Positions 48,021-57,523 of a DNA stretch of 64,000 nt are shown in pieces; the stretch's first letter is position 1; each line of letters starts with the position of its first letter. The notes beneath the pieces are model-generated. The model did not search any database. It was not told the DNA's origin and was given only the letters and a program-made list of their open reading frames with translations. Position numbers and translations under genes: made by a program. The stretch lies in the NCBI GenBank assembly GCA_963801165.1, contig CAWDDT010000003.1:96001-160000 (forward strand), written 5' to 3'. This stretch comes from an uncultured bacterium (GTDB lineage Bacteria > Actinomycetota > Acidimicrobiia > Spongiisociales > UBA5794).

Positions 48021-49079
48021 ATGACCGCATCCGCCACACGACCAACAAGCACCCGCCGCCGCGACGAGCGACAACGCGGGGTGGCGGAGCTGTCGCGACG
48101 CTCGAAGATCGGGCTCTATGCGCTGCTCGTGTTCTGGACGTTGGTTGTGGTCCTCCCGCTGTACTGGATCATGACGACATCGCTCAAGTCGCCGATCCAG
48201 GTCAACGACGGCCCCTACTACATACCTTTCGTCGACTTCAAGCCCAACCTCGACGCCTGGCACTGGGCGCTCGGGACGGAAGGGGGCCAGACGCGCCGGG
48301 CGTTCGTCAACACTGTCGTCGTTGGCCTGGGTGCTGCGGTTCTCACCGTCGGTGTTGGAGCCCTCGCGTCCTATGGCTTGTCACGTTTGAAGTACAGGCC
48401 CCGGCTGGCGTCGGTGGTCGCCTTCATCGTCGGCGGAGCGGCCGCGATCGTGTTCATCGCATTTGGCCTCACCTGGCAGCTGGCCGGCGTTTTCGGGATG
48501 GGGATATTCGCAATGTCGGTGGCGACCTGGGCCCGCCGGTTCGAATTCCGATTGAGCAATGACGACATCTCATTCTGGCTCATCTCGCAGCGAATCCTTC
48601 CTCCGATCGCCATAGTGCTGCCTCTGTACGTCTTCTTCCAACAGCTTTCTCTGCTGGACACGCAGATCGCGTTGATCATCGCTTACGTTGGCGCAAATGT
48701 GCCGATCGCGATCTGGTTGCTGCGCGACTTCTTCGCCACCATTCCGCTGGATCTCGAGGAGTCGGCGGCTATGGAAGGCGCGACACGTCTTCAAACACTC
48801 CGCAAGATCATCATCCCGCTTGCGGTCCCTGGACTTGTGGCAACGTTCTTGTTCATTCTCGTTTTCACCTGGAACGAGTATCTGATCGCCACCGTGCTCG
48901 CCTCGGCACACGCACAGACCATGCCGCTGATGATCGTGGCTCAGAACGCGACGAGGGGCCCGCAGTGGTGGAACATGTCGGTCCTGATTTTGATCATGTC
49001 CACCCCCGTGGTTGTGATCGCCTTTTTCCTCGAGCGCTACATCGAGCGGGGGATGCTCATCGGAGCCATAAAGCACTAG
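48021..49079 (+). CDS. Carbohydrate ABC permease
   Basis: IPLDLEESAAMEGA and FTWNEY motifs. Confidence 0.9.
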   Translation: MTASATRPTSTRRRDERQRGVAELSRRSKIGLYALLVFWTLVVVLPLYWIMTTSLKSPIQVNDGPYYIPFVDFKPNLDAWHWALGTEGGQTRRAFVNTVVVGLGAAVLTVGVGALASYGLSRLKYRPRLASVVAFIVGGAAAIVFIAFGLTWQLAGVFGMGIFAMSVATWARRFEFRLSNDDISFWLISQRILPPIAIVLPLYVFFQQLSLLDTQIALIIAYVGANVPIAIWLLRDFFATIPLDLEESAAMEGATRLQTLRKIIIPLAVPGLVATFLFILVFTWNEYLIATVLASAHAQTMPLMIVAQNATRGPQWWNMSVLILIMSTPVVVIAFFLERYIERGMLIGAIKH

Positions 49080-49081
49080 CT

Positions 49082-49183
49082 ATGGGTGACGTTGTGAGAT
49101 GGGTGACGTTGTGAGATGGGGGACGTTGTGAGATGGGGGACGTTGTGAGATGGGTGACATTGTGAGAAGAGTGACGTTGTGAG
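49082..49183 (+). repeat. Six tandem 17-bp units (ATGGGTGACGTTGTGAG) ending in the start codon of the aldo/keto reductase
   Basis: Units at 49082, 49099, 49116, 49133, 49150 and 49167; no spacers; GTG 49179 lies in the last unit. Confidence 0.92.
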
Positions 49184-50186
49184 CCATATCGATCCTGAGC
49201 AGGTCCCCCGCCGGACGTTGTATACCGGCGCGACGGTTCCCGCCATCGGTATGGGAACGTTCGGATCGGATCATGTGTCGGGAGAAAGTGTTGCCGCCGC
49301 AGTTGAGGATGCCGCGTCCATTGGCTACCGCCATTTCGACTGCGCCTCGGTATACGGGAATGAAGCTCTCATCGGGGGTGCCTTTGCCTCGATCCTCGGC
49401 AAAGTGGTGACCCGGGAGGAGCTATGGGTGACCTCCAAGGCATGGAACGATCAGCATGGCGAGCGAGTCGTCCCCGCCTGCGAGAAGACGCTGCGCGATC
49501 TCAGGCTCGACTATCTGGATCTCTACCTGGTCCATTGGCCGTTCCCCAACCACCACGACCCCGGTGTCGATGTCAATTCGCGTAGCCCAAACGCCAGACC
49601 GTACATCCACGAGGAGTACATGGAGACGTGGAGTCAGATGGAGCGCCTCGTGGAGAAGGGGCTCGTCCGTCATATCGGTACTTCGAACATGACGATCCCG
49701 AAACTCGATCTCGTGCTCCGCGACGCCACCATCAAGCCGGCCGCGAACGAGATGGAGCTCCATCCCCACTTCCAGCAACCGGAGTTGTTTCGGTACGTGG
49801 CGGACAGGGGGATCCTGCCCATTGCCTTCTCGCCGCTTGGATCCCCGGGGCGACCCGAGCGCGATCGAACTCCGGACGACACCGTCGATCTCGAAGACCC
49901 TGTGATAGTCGACATTGCCCGGCGGCACGATATGCACCCGGCCAATGTCTGTATCAAGTGGGCTATCCAACGCGGAGCGGTGCCCATACCGTTCTCGGTG
50001 ACGCCACGGAACTATGCGAGCAACCTGCGGTGCACGACCTCCCCACCTCTGACCGACGACGAGATGCATGCGATCGAGGCCATCGACAAGGACTGCCGGC
50101 TCGTCAAGGGTCAGGTGTTCCTGTGGAAACAGGACCAGGACTGGCGCGATCTGTGGGATGTCGACGGTCGGATCACGCCTCGATGA
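49179..50186 (+). CDS. Aldo/keto reductase
   Basis: IGMGTFG, GYRHFDCASVYGNE, VTSK, YLVHWP and IGTSN motifs. Confidence 0.9.
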   Translation: MSHIDPEQVPRRTLYTGATVPAIGMGTFGSDHVSGESVAAAVEDAASIGYRHFDCASVYGNEALIGGAFASILGKVVTREELWVTSKAWNDQHGERVVPACEKTLRDLRLDYLDLYLVHWPFPNHHDPGVDVNSRSPNARPYIHEEYMETWSQMERLVEKGLVRHIGTSNMTIPKLDLVLRDATIKPAANEMELHPHFQQPELFRYVADRGILPIAFSPLGSPGRPERDRTPDDTVDLEDPVIVDIARRHDMHPANVCIKWAIQRGAVPIPFSVTPRNYASNLRCTTSPPLTDDEMHAIEAIDKDCRLVKGQVFLWKQDQDWRDLWDVDGRITPR

Positions 50187-50205
50187 TGGACTCGGAGAGA
50201 AGACA

Positions 50206-51294
50206 ATGATCAACAGGACAATGCGAGGCGCGGTTCTTCCGGGAGACAGCACCGTTCAACTCAGGGAATACGATGTCCCGGAACCCGGTCACGGCGAGGT
50301 GTTGATTCGCACGAAGGCATCCACTATTTGTGGCTCGGATATCCGGGCGATCTACAACGAGCATCTCGGCAAGGGGCCGGAGGGATACCAGGGCGTGATA
50401 GCCGGCCACGAGCCTGCGGGCCAAATCGTTGCCCTGGGAGAAGGGTGCCGCCGGTTCCAGGAACGCGACCGGGTCATCGTCTATCACATCTCCGGCTGTG
50501 GCCTCTGTAACGACTGCCGGCGCGGTTACATGATCTCCTGTACGAGCGAGCAGTACCGGCGGGCATACGGGTGGCAACGCGACGGCGGCATGGCCGATTA
50601 CATGCTCGCCGAGGAGAAGGACCTCGTGGCTCTACCGGACGAGTTGAGTTTCGTCGACGGTGCCCAGGTGGCGTGCGGGTTCGGGACGGTATATGAGGGT
50701 CTCGAGAAGATCGGTATCAGCGGAAACACTTCCGTCCTGATCACGGGTTTGGGACCGGTCGGTCTTGCCGCGGCCATGCTCTCGCGAGCGTTGGGAGCTC
50801 AGCAGATCATCGGCATCGACGTGATCCCGGAACGGCTCGAACTCGCCAGGGACCTCGCCCTGTGCGATGAGGTGCTGCCGGCCGGGCCGGACAATGTAGC
50901 CCGGGTGCTCGAACTGACCGGGGGTAACGGTGTGGAGCGAGCAGTGGATTGCTCGGGGCACCACGAGGCGCGTGCCACTGCGATCAGGGCAACACGCAAG
51001 TGGGGGAGAATCGTGCTGATAGGAGAAGGAGGCACGCTCCAGCTCCAGCCCTCACCGGATCTCATCCACGATCAGAAGACCGTCTACGGCTCGTGGGTGA
51101 CCTCGATTTGGAAGATGGAGGAGCTGGTTGAGCTGATCGTCCGCCGGGGTCTACATCCCGCGGATCTCGTCACACACCGATTCCCGCTGGAAAAGGCGGC
51201 AGATGCGTATTCGCTGATGGCCTCAGGGGCGTGTGGGAAAGTGGCCGTTGTCTTTGATGAGGGGTTGGTCGATCCAACGACGGTTGGTGGTTGA
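50206..51294 (+). CDS. Zinc-binding polyol/sugar dehydrogenase (MDR)
   Basis: ICGSD, GHEPAG, CGLCNDCRRGYMISC and GLGPVG motifs. Confidence 0.9.
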   Translation: MINRTMRGAVLPGDSTVQLREYDVPEPGHGEVLIRTKASTICGSDIRAIYNEHLGKGPEGYQGVIAGHEPAGQIVALGEGCRRFQERDRVIVYHISGCGLCNDCRRGYMISCTSEQYRRAYGWQRDGGMADYMLAEEKDLVALPDELSFVDGAQVACGFGTVYEGLEKIGISGNTSVLITGLGPVGLAAAMLSRALGAQQIIGIDVIPERLELARDLALCDEVLPAGPDNVARVLELTGGNGVERAVDCSGHHEARATAIRATRKWGRIVLIGEGGTLQLQPSPDLIHDQKTVYGSWVTSIWKMEELVELIVRRGLHPADLVTHRFPLEKAADAYSLMASGACGKVAVVFDEGLVDPTTVGG

Positions 51295-51399
51295 CCAGCT
51301 GAGGTCGGTGCGTCGGGCGCCCATTGAATTGCATGTCACCGCAAGTGTCGGTGGGGCGTTGTATCCGACGCTGCCGTCGCTTTGTCCCCCGCCCGGGTC

Positions 51400-51441
51400 T
51401 CGACTACTCTCGTCGTCGCTGGTATAGTCTCATTGAGAATA
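51400..51441 (+). promoter_or_regulatory. modA promoter with an overlapping palindrome
   Basis: TCGACT-17 nt-TATAGT; TAGTCTCA-T-TGAGAATA near-palindrome at 51425-51441. Confidence 0.5.
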
Positions 51442-51451
51442 GTAGAGACAC

Positions 51452-52237
51452 ATGAGAGTGCTCGGATTGATCGCGGCCACAGCGTTGCTGCTGGCAGCGT
51501 GCGGTGATCCGGGTGCAACAACCGCTCTCAGTTCCTCGACGACCGCATTGGCATCGGGGTTGGATGGAGAGCTGCTGGTGTCGGCGGCAGCGTCCTTGAC
51601 CGACGCGTTTGCCGATATCGAGACGGCTTTCGAGCATGCCAATCCCGGTGTCGATGTGGTTCTGAACCTCGGTGGTAGCTCGTCGTTGCGCGAGCAGATC
51701 CTCGAGGGTGCCCCCGCCGACGTGTTTGCTTCTGCCAACATGGCCAACATGGACGATGTGCGTACGGCAGGCGAGGTTGCAACGGAGCCCCGAGTGTTCG
51801 CCACGAACCTGCTGCAGATTGCAGTTCCAGCAGGTAATCCTGGCGGGGTGACCGGTCTCGAGGATTTCGGCCGGGGAGATCTGCTGATCGGTCTCTGCGC
51901 CGAGGGAGTGCCGTGCGGCGACTTCGCCCGGGAGGCGCTGCGCAAAGCAGGAGTGGATCCCGCCGTCGACACCAACGAGCCGGATGTGCGGGCGCTGCTC
52001 ACCAAGATAGAGATCGGCGAGCTCGACGCCGGCATCACCTATGTCACCGACGTCGTGACCAGCGGCGGTGCGGTCGAAGGGATCGAGATACCCGCAGAGC
52101 AAAACGTTACGGCCGACTATCCGATCGCGGTCCTGGCCAAAGCGCCCAACCCGGTTGTCGCCGAAAGATTCGTGGCCTTCGTCCTCTCCGCGGAGGGGCA
52201 GGCCATCCTGGCACAATACGGTTTCGCCTCGCCTTGA
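51452..52237 (+). CDS. modA: Molybdate ABC substrate-binding lipoprotein
   Basis: SAAASLTDAF, GSSSL, ADVFASA, VPCG and YVTD motifs. Confidence 0.92.
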   Translation: MRVLGLIAATALLLAACGDPGATTALSSSTTALASGLDGELLVSAAASLTDAFADIETAFEHANPGVDVVLNLGGSSSLREQILEGAPADVFASANMANMDDVRTAGEVATEPRVFATNLLQIAVPAGNPGGVTGLEDFGRGDLLIGLCAEGVPCGDFAREALRKAGVDPAVDTNEPDVRALLTKIEIGELDAGITYVTDVVTSGGAVEGIEIPAEQNVTADYPIAVLAKAPNPVVAERFVAFVLSAEGQAILAQYGFASP

Positions 52238-53046
52238 GGGACCGACCGGCCGGGAGGCACACCGCGGCTGGCCGGCCCCCGGCGCTCTTGATAGCGCTGG
52301 CGTGTCTTGGATTCGCTTTGTTCGTTGTTCCCTTCATCGGGCTGCTCGGCCGGGTTCCCTGGTCGGAGCTCCCCGGTTTGCTAACCAGCCCGACCGCAAC
52401 CGACGCTCTCCGGCTCTCAATCGTCTCGTCGCTGGCGGCGACGGCAATCGCCCTGGTGCTGGGAGTTCCGTTGGCTTGGCTGCTCGCCCGGGTCGAGTTC
52501 CCCGGCCGTGCCCTGGTACGCGGGATCGTCACTCTGCCGCTCGTGCTCCCCCCGGTGGTCGGCGGCGCAGTGCTGTTGTTCGCTCTCGGCCGCCGCGGGA
52601 TGGTCGGAGGGCCTCTCTATCGGGCGACCGGGCTGCTGCTGCCGTTCTCGACGGCGGGAGTCGTCCTCGCCACGACGTTCGTGGCGATGCCGTTTCTGGT
52701 AATCACGGTCGAGGGTGCGCTCCGTAACATGGATCGTCGGTACGAGGGTGCTGCCGCCTCACTCGGCGCGGGTCGGTGGACCGTGATGCGCCGGGTGACA
52801 CTGCCCATGGTCGCCCCCTCGCTGGTGGCGGGCATGGTCCTCACGTGGGCCCGGGCATTTGGCGAATTCGGAGCAACGATCACGTTTGCGGGCAATCTCC
52901 AGGGAAGGACGCAGACACTCCCGCTGGCGGTATACGTCGCGTTGGAGAGCGATCGTGACACGGCGGTGGCCATCAGCCTTCTCATGGTTGCCGTGTCCCT
53001 GGCCGTGCTCGTCTCTCTGCGTGACTGGTGGGGGAGGTCGATATGA
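52234..53046 (+). CDS. modB: Molybdate ABC permease
   Basis: LPLVLPPVVGG, ARAFGEFGATITFAGN and TQTLPL motifs. Confidence 0.92.
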   Translation: MRDRPAGRHTAAGRPPALLIALACLGFALFVVPFIGLLGRVPWSELPGLLTSPTATDALRLSIVSSLAATAIALVLGVPLAWLLARVEFPGRALVRGIVTLPLVLPPVVGGAVLLFALGRRGMVGGPLYRATGLLLPFSTAGVVLATTFVAMPFLVITVEGALRNMDRRYEGAAASLGAGRWTVMRRVTLPMVAPSLVAGMVLTWARAFGEFGATITFAGNLQGRTQTLPLAVYVALESDRDTAVAISLLMVAVSLAVLVSLRDWWGRSI

Positions 53047-54110
53047 CCGACTCGGGGCTGTGCGTCGATGTCACTGTGCGCCGGTCGGACGACTTCGAGT
53101 TGTCGATCAACATGACGATTCCCCCCGACAGGACGACGGCGCTGCTCGGTCCCAACGGCTCGGGCAAGTCCACGGTTGTTGCCGCCATCGCCGGGCTTCT
53201 TGCGGTGGACCGGGGGCGGATCACTCTCGACGGTGCGATCCTCGACGATCCCGGCCAGGGTGTGTTCGTGCCGGCCGAAGCGAGGCGGGTGGGAGTCGTC
53301 TTCCAGGATTACCTGTTGTTCCGTCATCTCAGCGTTCTCGACAACGTCGCGTTCGGTCTTCGCAGCAGTGGCGTCGCTCGCGACGAGTCCACAGCACGAG
53401 CTCGCGAGTGGCTGGGGCGGCTGGGGCTCGATGGTGTCGAGACGCGGCGGCCGACCGACCTGTCCGGCGGTCAGGCACAACGGGTGGCTCTCGCCCGCGC
53501 CCTGGCCATCGAGCCCGACGTCCTGCTGCTCGACGAGCCGCTGGCCGCACTCGACGTCACCACTCGTACCGAGCTACGCCATAGCCTAGAGGAGCATCTG
53601 CACTCATTCGGGGGCCCGAGGCTGCTCATCACACATGACCCGACCGAGGCGTTTCTCCTCACGGACGACATCCACATCATCGAGCAGGGCGCCATCACCC
53701 AGAGCGGGTCCGCCGACGAGATCCGGCTTCGTCCTCGCACCCGCTATGCCGCCGACCTGGCGGGCTCCAACCTGATTGCGGGCACTGCCGCTGCCGGTGT
53801 GGTTGACACCGGGACGCAAACCATCCAGATCGCCGACGACACGATCGCAGGCCCGGTTCTCGTCACCATCCACCCGACCGCGATATCCCTCTACCAGCAT
53901 CAACCAGAGGGCAGCCCTCGCAACAGTTGGCGAACGACAGTCGAGCGAGTCGAGCAACTCGGGGTTCGCGTCCGGCTTCGCACCGGGCCACCACTACCAC
54001 TGACCATCGAGGTGACCGAAATGGCTCGGGCCGAACTGGGTCTGGAGCGCGGGGGGAACATCTGGGTGGCGTTCAAGGCCACCGAGCTCGGAGTCCAACC
54101 GGGGCGGTGA
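53043..54110 (+). CDS. modC: Molybdate ABC ATPase with a TOBE domain
   Basis: GPNGSGKST, VFQDYLLF, LSGGQAQR and GSPRN...AFKATE motifs. Confidence 0.88.
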   Translation: MTDSGLCVDVTVRRSDDFELSINMTIPPDRTTALLGPNGSGKSTVVAAIAGLLAVDRGRITLDGAILDDPGQGVFVPAEARRVGVVFQDYLLFRHLSVLDNVAFGLRSSGVARDESTARAREWLGRLGLDGVETRRPTDLSGGQAQRVALARALAIEPDVLLLDEPLAALDVTTRTELRHSLEEHLHSFGGPRLLITHDPTEAFLLTDDIHIIEQGAITQSGSADEIRLRPRTRYAADLAGSNLIAGTAAAGVVDTGTQTIQIADDTIAGPVLVTIHPTAISLYQHQPEGSPRNSWRTTVERVEQLGVRVRLRTGPPLPLTIEVTEMARAELGLERGGNIWVAFKATELGVQPGR

Positions 54111-54131
54111 ACATTCCGTCACCACCGGCCA

Positions 54132-54161
54132 CTGTCATGTGATATAAATATCACATGACAG
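54132..54161. promoter_or_regulatory. Perfect 14-bp-arm palindrome over the start codon, probably an autoregulatory operator
   Basis: CTGTCATGTGATAT-AA-ATATCACATGACAG; the ATG at 54155 lies in the right arm. Confidence 0.8.
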
Positions 54162-54967
54162 CATCTAACGCCGACGCCGAACCGGGTGATCCGGCCCCGG
54201 CCGAACAGGATCTGTGGAGGGCTCTCTCCAATCCGGTGCGACGCCGGATGCTCGATCTGCTCGGCGGAGGCCCGATGACCACGGGAGAGCTGGTTGCAGC
54301 GACCCCCGGCCTCAGCAGGTTCGCCGTCATGCAGCATCTTGGCGTCCTCGAGGCCGCCGGGCTGGTGCTGGTGCGGCGCCGGGGGCGCTACCGGTACAAC
54401 TACCTGGACCCAGTTCCGCTCCGGCGGTGGTACGAGCGGTGGGTGACACCGTTCGCGGATGGGGCTGCTGCCGAGATGCTCAGCTTGCAGCGACGAGTCG
54501 AAGGAGAGGAAGCCATGACTGCACTGTCCGACGAGATGAGGACCGTTCGCATCGAGACGGAGCTCCGATTTCGCGCAACCCCGGATCGAGTGTTTCACGC
54601 ACTGACCGAGGAGACCCTCGAGTGGTTCCCGTTCACATACGGCGAGGACCGGGTAAAGGCTGTGGTCGTCGAGCCGCGAGTCGGGGGAGCGCTCTACGAG
54701 GACTGGGGCGACGGTATGGGCTACCTGTACGGTCATATCACCGTGTACGACCGGCCTCATAGATACGCCAGCCGCGGCCGGATCATGGCAGGGACGATCC
54801 TCGACAGCGACTATGTCCTCGAATCGGATGGAGACGGGACGGTGGTGAAGATGTCCAAGGTCGCGGTCGGTCCCATGACCGAGGAGGAGGCGGCCTCGAT
54901 TATCACGTACGGAGATCTGGCACGGTTCGAGGAGCCGCTGCGCAAGCTGGTGGAGGAGGGCAGTTGA
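54155..54967 (+). CDS. ArsR-type HTH fused to an SRPBCC/AHSA1 domain
   Basis: ALSNPVRRRMLDLL...SRFAVMQHLGVLE, then FRATPDRVFHALT..W...EPRVGG. Confidence 0.85.
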   Translation: MTASNADAEPGDPAPAEQDLWRALSNPVRRRMLDLLGGGPMTTGELVAATPGLSRFAVMQHLGVLEAAGLVLVRRRGRYRYNYLDPVPLRRWYERWVTPFADGAAAEMLSLQRRVEGEEAMTALSDEMRTVRIETELRFRATPDRVFHALTEETLEWFPFTYGEDRVKAVVVEPRVGGALYEDWGDGMGYLYGHITVYDRPHRYASRGRIMAGTILDSDYVLESDGDGTVVKMSKVAVGPMTEEEAASIITYGDLARFEEPLRKLVEEGS

Positions 54968-55446
54968 CGGCAAGCGACCCGCACATTCTCGAAGCCGACC
55001 ACGCCCCGACTCCCTTCACCGCGGCGGAGATCCGCCGCGGCTGCCCCCCGGGGAGGCGGATCAGGCTCTTTGTCGAGCAAGCGGGTGGGGACGCCCGCTA
55101 CCGGCTCAGCCGGTTCCTGTCCTGCGATGCCGACGGAGCCACACTGGAGGTGCGGCGCACCAATCTCGAGGGCGCGATCATCGAGCCGGCCTCGACGGTG
55201 CGTACCACCTGGCGGGAGTTGCAAGGGCATGCGTCCTTTCCTGCATCCGTCACCGTGATACGGCGCGAGATGATCGCGACTCCCCTGGGCACGTCCGACT
55301 GTCTGTGCTACCAGGTGGATCGCGGCGACAGCGTCGAGCGGTTCTGGTTCGACACCTCCCGGCCCGGTATGCCGATCCGATTCACGCATGAGGAGAACGG
55401 GTCGGTGCTCACCTCCACCACCATGGTCGAAGACACGTTCGAATAG
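54964..55446 (+). CDS. Hypothetical protein
   Basis: 160-aa ORF with GGAGG SD, TTG start overlapping the upstream stop, and GC3-rich codons; no family recognised. Confidence 0.65.
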   Translation: MTASDPHILEADHAPTPFTAAEIRRGCPPGRRIRLFVEQAGGDARYRLSRFLSCDADGATLEVRRTNLEGAIIEPASTVRTTWRELQGHASFPASVTVIRREMIATPLGTSDCLCYQVDRGDSVERFWFDTSRPGMPIRFTHEENGSVLTSTTMVEDTFE

Positions 55447-55617
55447 CCGCCGCCCAGGCTCGTGAACGGCATGAACGACGACCGGCAGGAGGTCGTGGGA
55501 GTGGGTTAGCGGCCGGTGGTGCGCCCCCGTTCTATGATGCGGGCGTCGTGGTTTCCCGAGGCGGTGGGGAGTGTGTTTGCAAACCGGACGTGGGACGCGT
55601 TGTCCTGGTCCTGAGGT

Positions 55618-57381
55618 GTGTCTGTGACCACCGATGGATGGTTGACCCTCCTCGTGCTCGTAGCGACCCTCGGGCTGCTGGCGTGGAACCGAATGCCACC
55701 GCCCGCAGTGGTCCTCAGCGCGACGATTGCGCTCCTGGTCACCGAAGTCATCGATTCGTCCCAGGCATTCTCCGGGTTCTCTAACCCGGCGCCGATCACC
55801 GTGGCCGCTCTCTACGTGTTGGCCGCGGCGGCACAGAAGACGGGTCTACTGGTTCCGGTTACGTCCCGACTGCTCGGGTCGGGGAAGACCCGTGGAACGC
55901 TGGCTCGCCTGCTCCTGCCTGCCGCCGGTGCGTCGGCGTTTCTCAACAACACTCCGCTTGTGGCGATCCTCATGCCGGACGTGATCGGCTGGGCACGTCG
56001 ACACGGTCTGTCCGCTTCCCGGTTTCTGTTGCCGCTCTCGTATGCCGCCATCCTTGGAGGCACCCTGACGCTGCTCGGGACCTCGACGAACCTGGTTGTG
56101 TCCGGCCTGCTCCAGGAACGAGGGCAGGAGCCGTTCGGGCTGTTCGAGATCACCCGGATCGGGGGCCCGGTGGTTGTCGTCGGGTTGGCGTTGCTGCTGG
56201 TCACCGCCAAGCTATTGCCGGAGCGTCGCAGCGTCGCAGAGCAGGCCGCCGCGGAAGTGCGGGAGTTCACCGTCGACATGAGCGTCGTCTCCGCCGGGCC
56301 GGTTGACGGCAGCACCGTGACCGGAGCGGGGCTCAGGGATCTGAACGGCGTCTATCTGGTCCAGATCGATCGTGCCGGTCGAATCATCACGCCCGTCAAC
56401 CCCGAGGAGGTTCTCCGTGGCGGTGACCGGCTGACGTTCGCCGGCGATGTGTCCCAGGTCGTCGACTTGCAGCGGATGCGCGGGTTGCGCTCCGCCGAGG
56501 AGGAGCATCTGCTCGAGGTGGACGGTCCCGGGCACACATTCTTTGAAGCCGTGATTGGCAGGTCCTCACCACTTTCGGGCCGGACGCTCAAAGAGGTGGA
56601 TTTTCGTCGCCGTCACGCTGCCGCGGTCGTGGCAATTCACCGGGACGGACATCGCGTCGCCGAGAAGTTGGGCCAGATACAACTTCGGCCCGGCGACACG
56701 ATGCTCTTGGTGGCCGACCTGCGCTTTGAGCGGCAGTGGCGCCACAGCCATGACTTCCTCCTCGCCACCAGGCTTGGCGGGCCGCCGCCCTCGGCAACCA
56801 GAAAAGCACCGCTGGTGGGTGTGATCGCCGTCGCGATGATCCTGCTGGCCGCGTTCAACATCCTCCCTATTCTCGAGGGGGCGCTCCTGGCTGCCGGGTT
56901 GCTGGTCATCACCCAGACGCTCAGCATGGCGGAAGCCCGGGATGCGATCGATCTGAACGTGATCGTGCTCATCGGCGCTGCGTTTGGCTTGGGCGCTGCG
57001 GTCGACAGCACCGGCCTCGCCGGGCAAGTCGCCTCGGGGTTCGTTTCCGCCCTGGACATGTTCGGTCGCGCGGGAATCGTGCTCGGTGTAGTCGCAGCCA
57101 CCTTGCTGCTCACCGAGGTTGTCACAAACAACGCCGCAGCCGTAGTGGTACTCCCGATCGCTCTCAACATCGCCGCCACCGCCGGCATTGACCCGCGGTC
57201 GATGGCCATGGCAGTGGCCGTCGCCGCCTCCGCATCGTTCCTAACGCCGATCGGGTACCAGACCAACACCATGGTCTACGGCCCCGGTGGGTACCGATTC
57301 ACCGACTATCTCCGTGTTGGAGCCCCTATGACCCTGGCGGTACTGGTCACGATCACCACGGTGGTGGTAACGACGGGCTGA
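55618..57381 (+). CDS. SLC13/DASS permease with TrkA-C domains
   Basis: SAFLNNTPLV, GTSTNL, TNNAAA and TPIGYQTNTMVYGPGGY motifs. Confidence 0.9.
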   Translation: MSVTTDGWLTLLVLVATLGLLAWNRMPPPAVVLSATIALLVTEVIDSSQAFSGFSNPAPITVAALYVLAAAAQKTGLLVPVTSRLLGSGKTRGTLARLLLPAAGASAFLNNTPLVAILMPDVIGWARRHGLSASRFLLPLSYAAILGGTLTLLGTSTNLVVSGLLQERGQEPFGLFEITRIGGPVVVVGLALLLVTAKLLPERRSVAEQAAAEVREFTVDMSVVSAGPVDGSTVTGAGLRDLNGVYLVQIDRAGRIITPVNPEEVLRGGDRLTFAGDVSQVVDLQRMRGLRSAEEEHLLEVDGPGHTFFEAVIGRSSPLSGRTLKEVDFRRRHAAAVVAIHRDGHRVAEKLGQIQLRPGDTMLLVADLRFERQWRHSHDFLLATRLGGPPPSATRKAPLVGVIAVAMILLAAFNILPILEGALLAAGLLVITQTLSMAEARDAIDLNVIVLIGAAFGLGAAVDSTGLAGQVASGFVSALDMFGRAGIVLGVVAATLLLTEVVTNNAAAVVVLPIALNIAATAGIDPRSMAMAVAVAASASFLTPIGYQTNTMVYGPGGYRFTDYLRVGAPMTLAVLVTITTVVVTTG

Positions 57382-57472
57382 TCACTCTTGGGGGTCCTCT
57401 GAAGATGGTGATCACAGAGCGGCGTCGACGCAAAGGTGCACCGGGGTCCGATCACATCTCGACCAAACTCCC

Positions 57473-57518
57473 TTGACCCTATGTACCTATAGTACTAGTG
57501 TCCTAGCACTATAGAACA
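57473..57518 (+). promoter_or_regulatory. Promoter and YtrA-type operator
   Basis: TTGACC-17 nt-TAGTGT; TGTCCTAGCACTATAGAACA pseudo-palindrome at 57499-57518. Confidence 0.65.
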
Positions 57519-57523
57519 AAGGA

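Noticed and set aside
49082-49183. Possible CRISPR array
   Set aside because: Units abut with no unique spacers, are only 17 bp, and there are no cas genes. The same applies to the repeat at 20873-20940.
55447-55617. Third riboswitch upstream of the SLC13 permease
   Set aside because: It lacks the GGCGATG...GCTRATG fluoride signature and any other motif I recognise.
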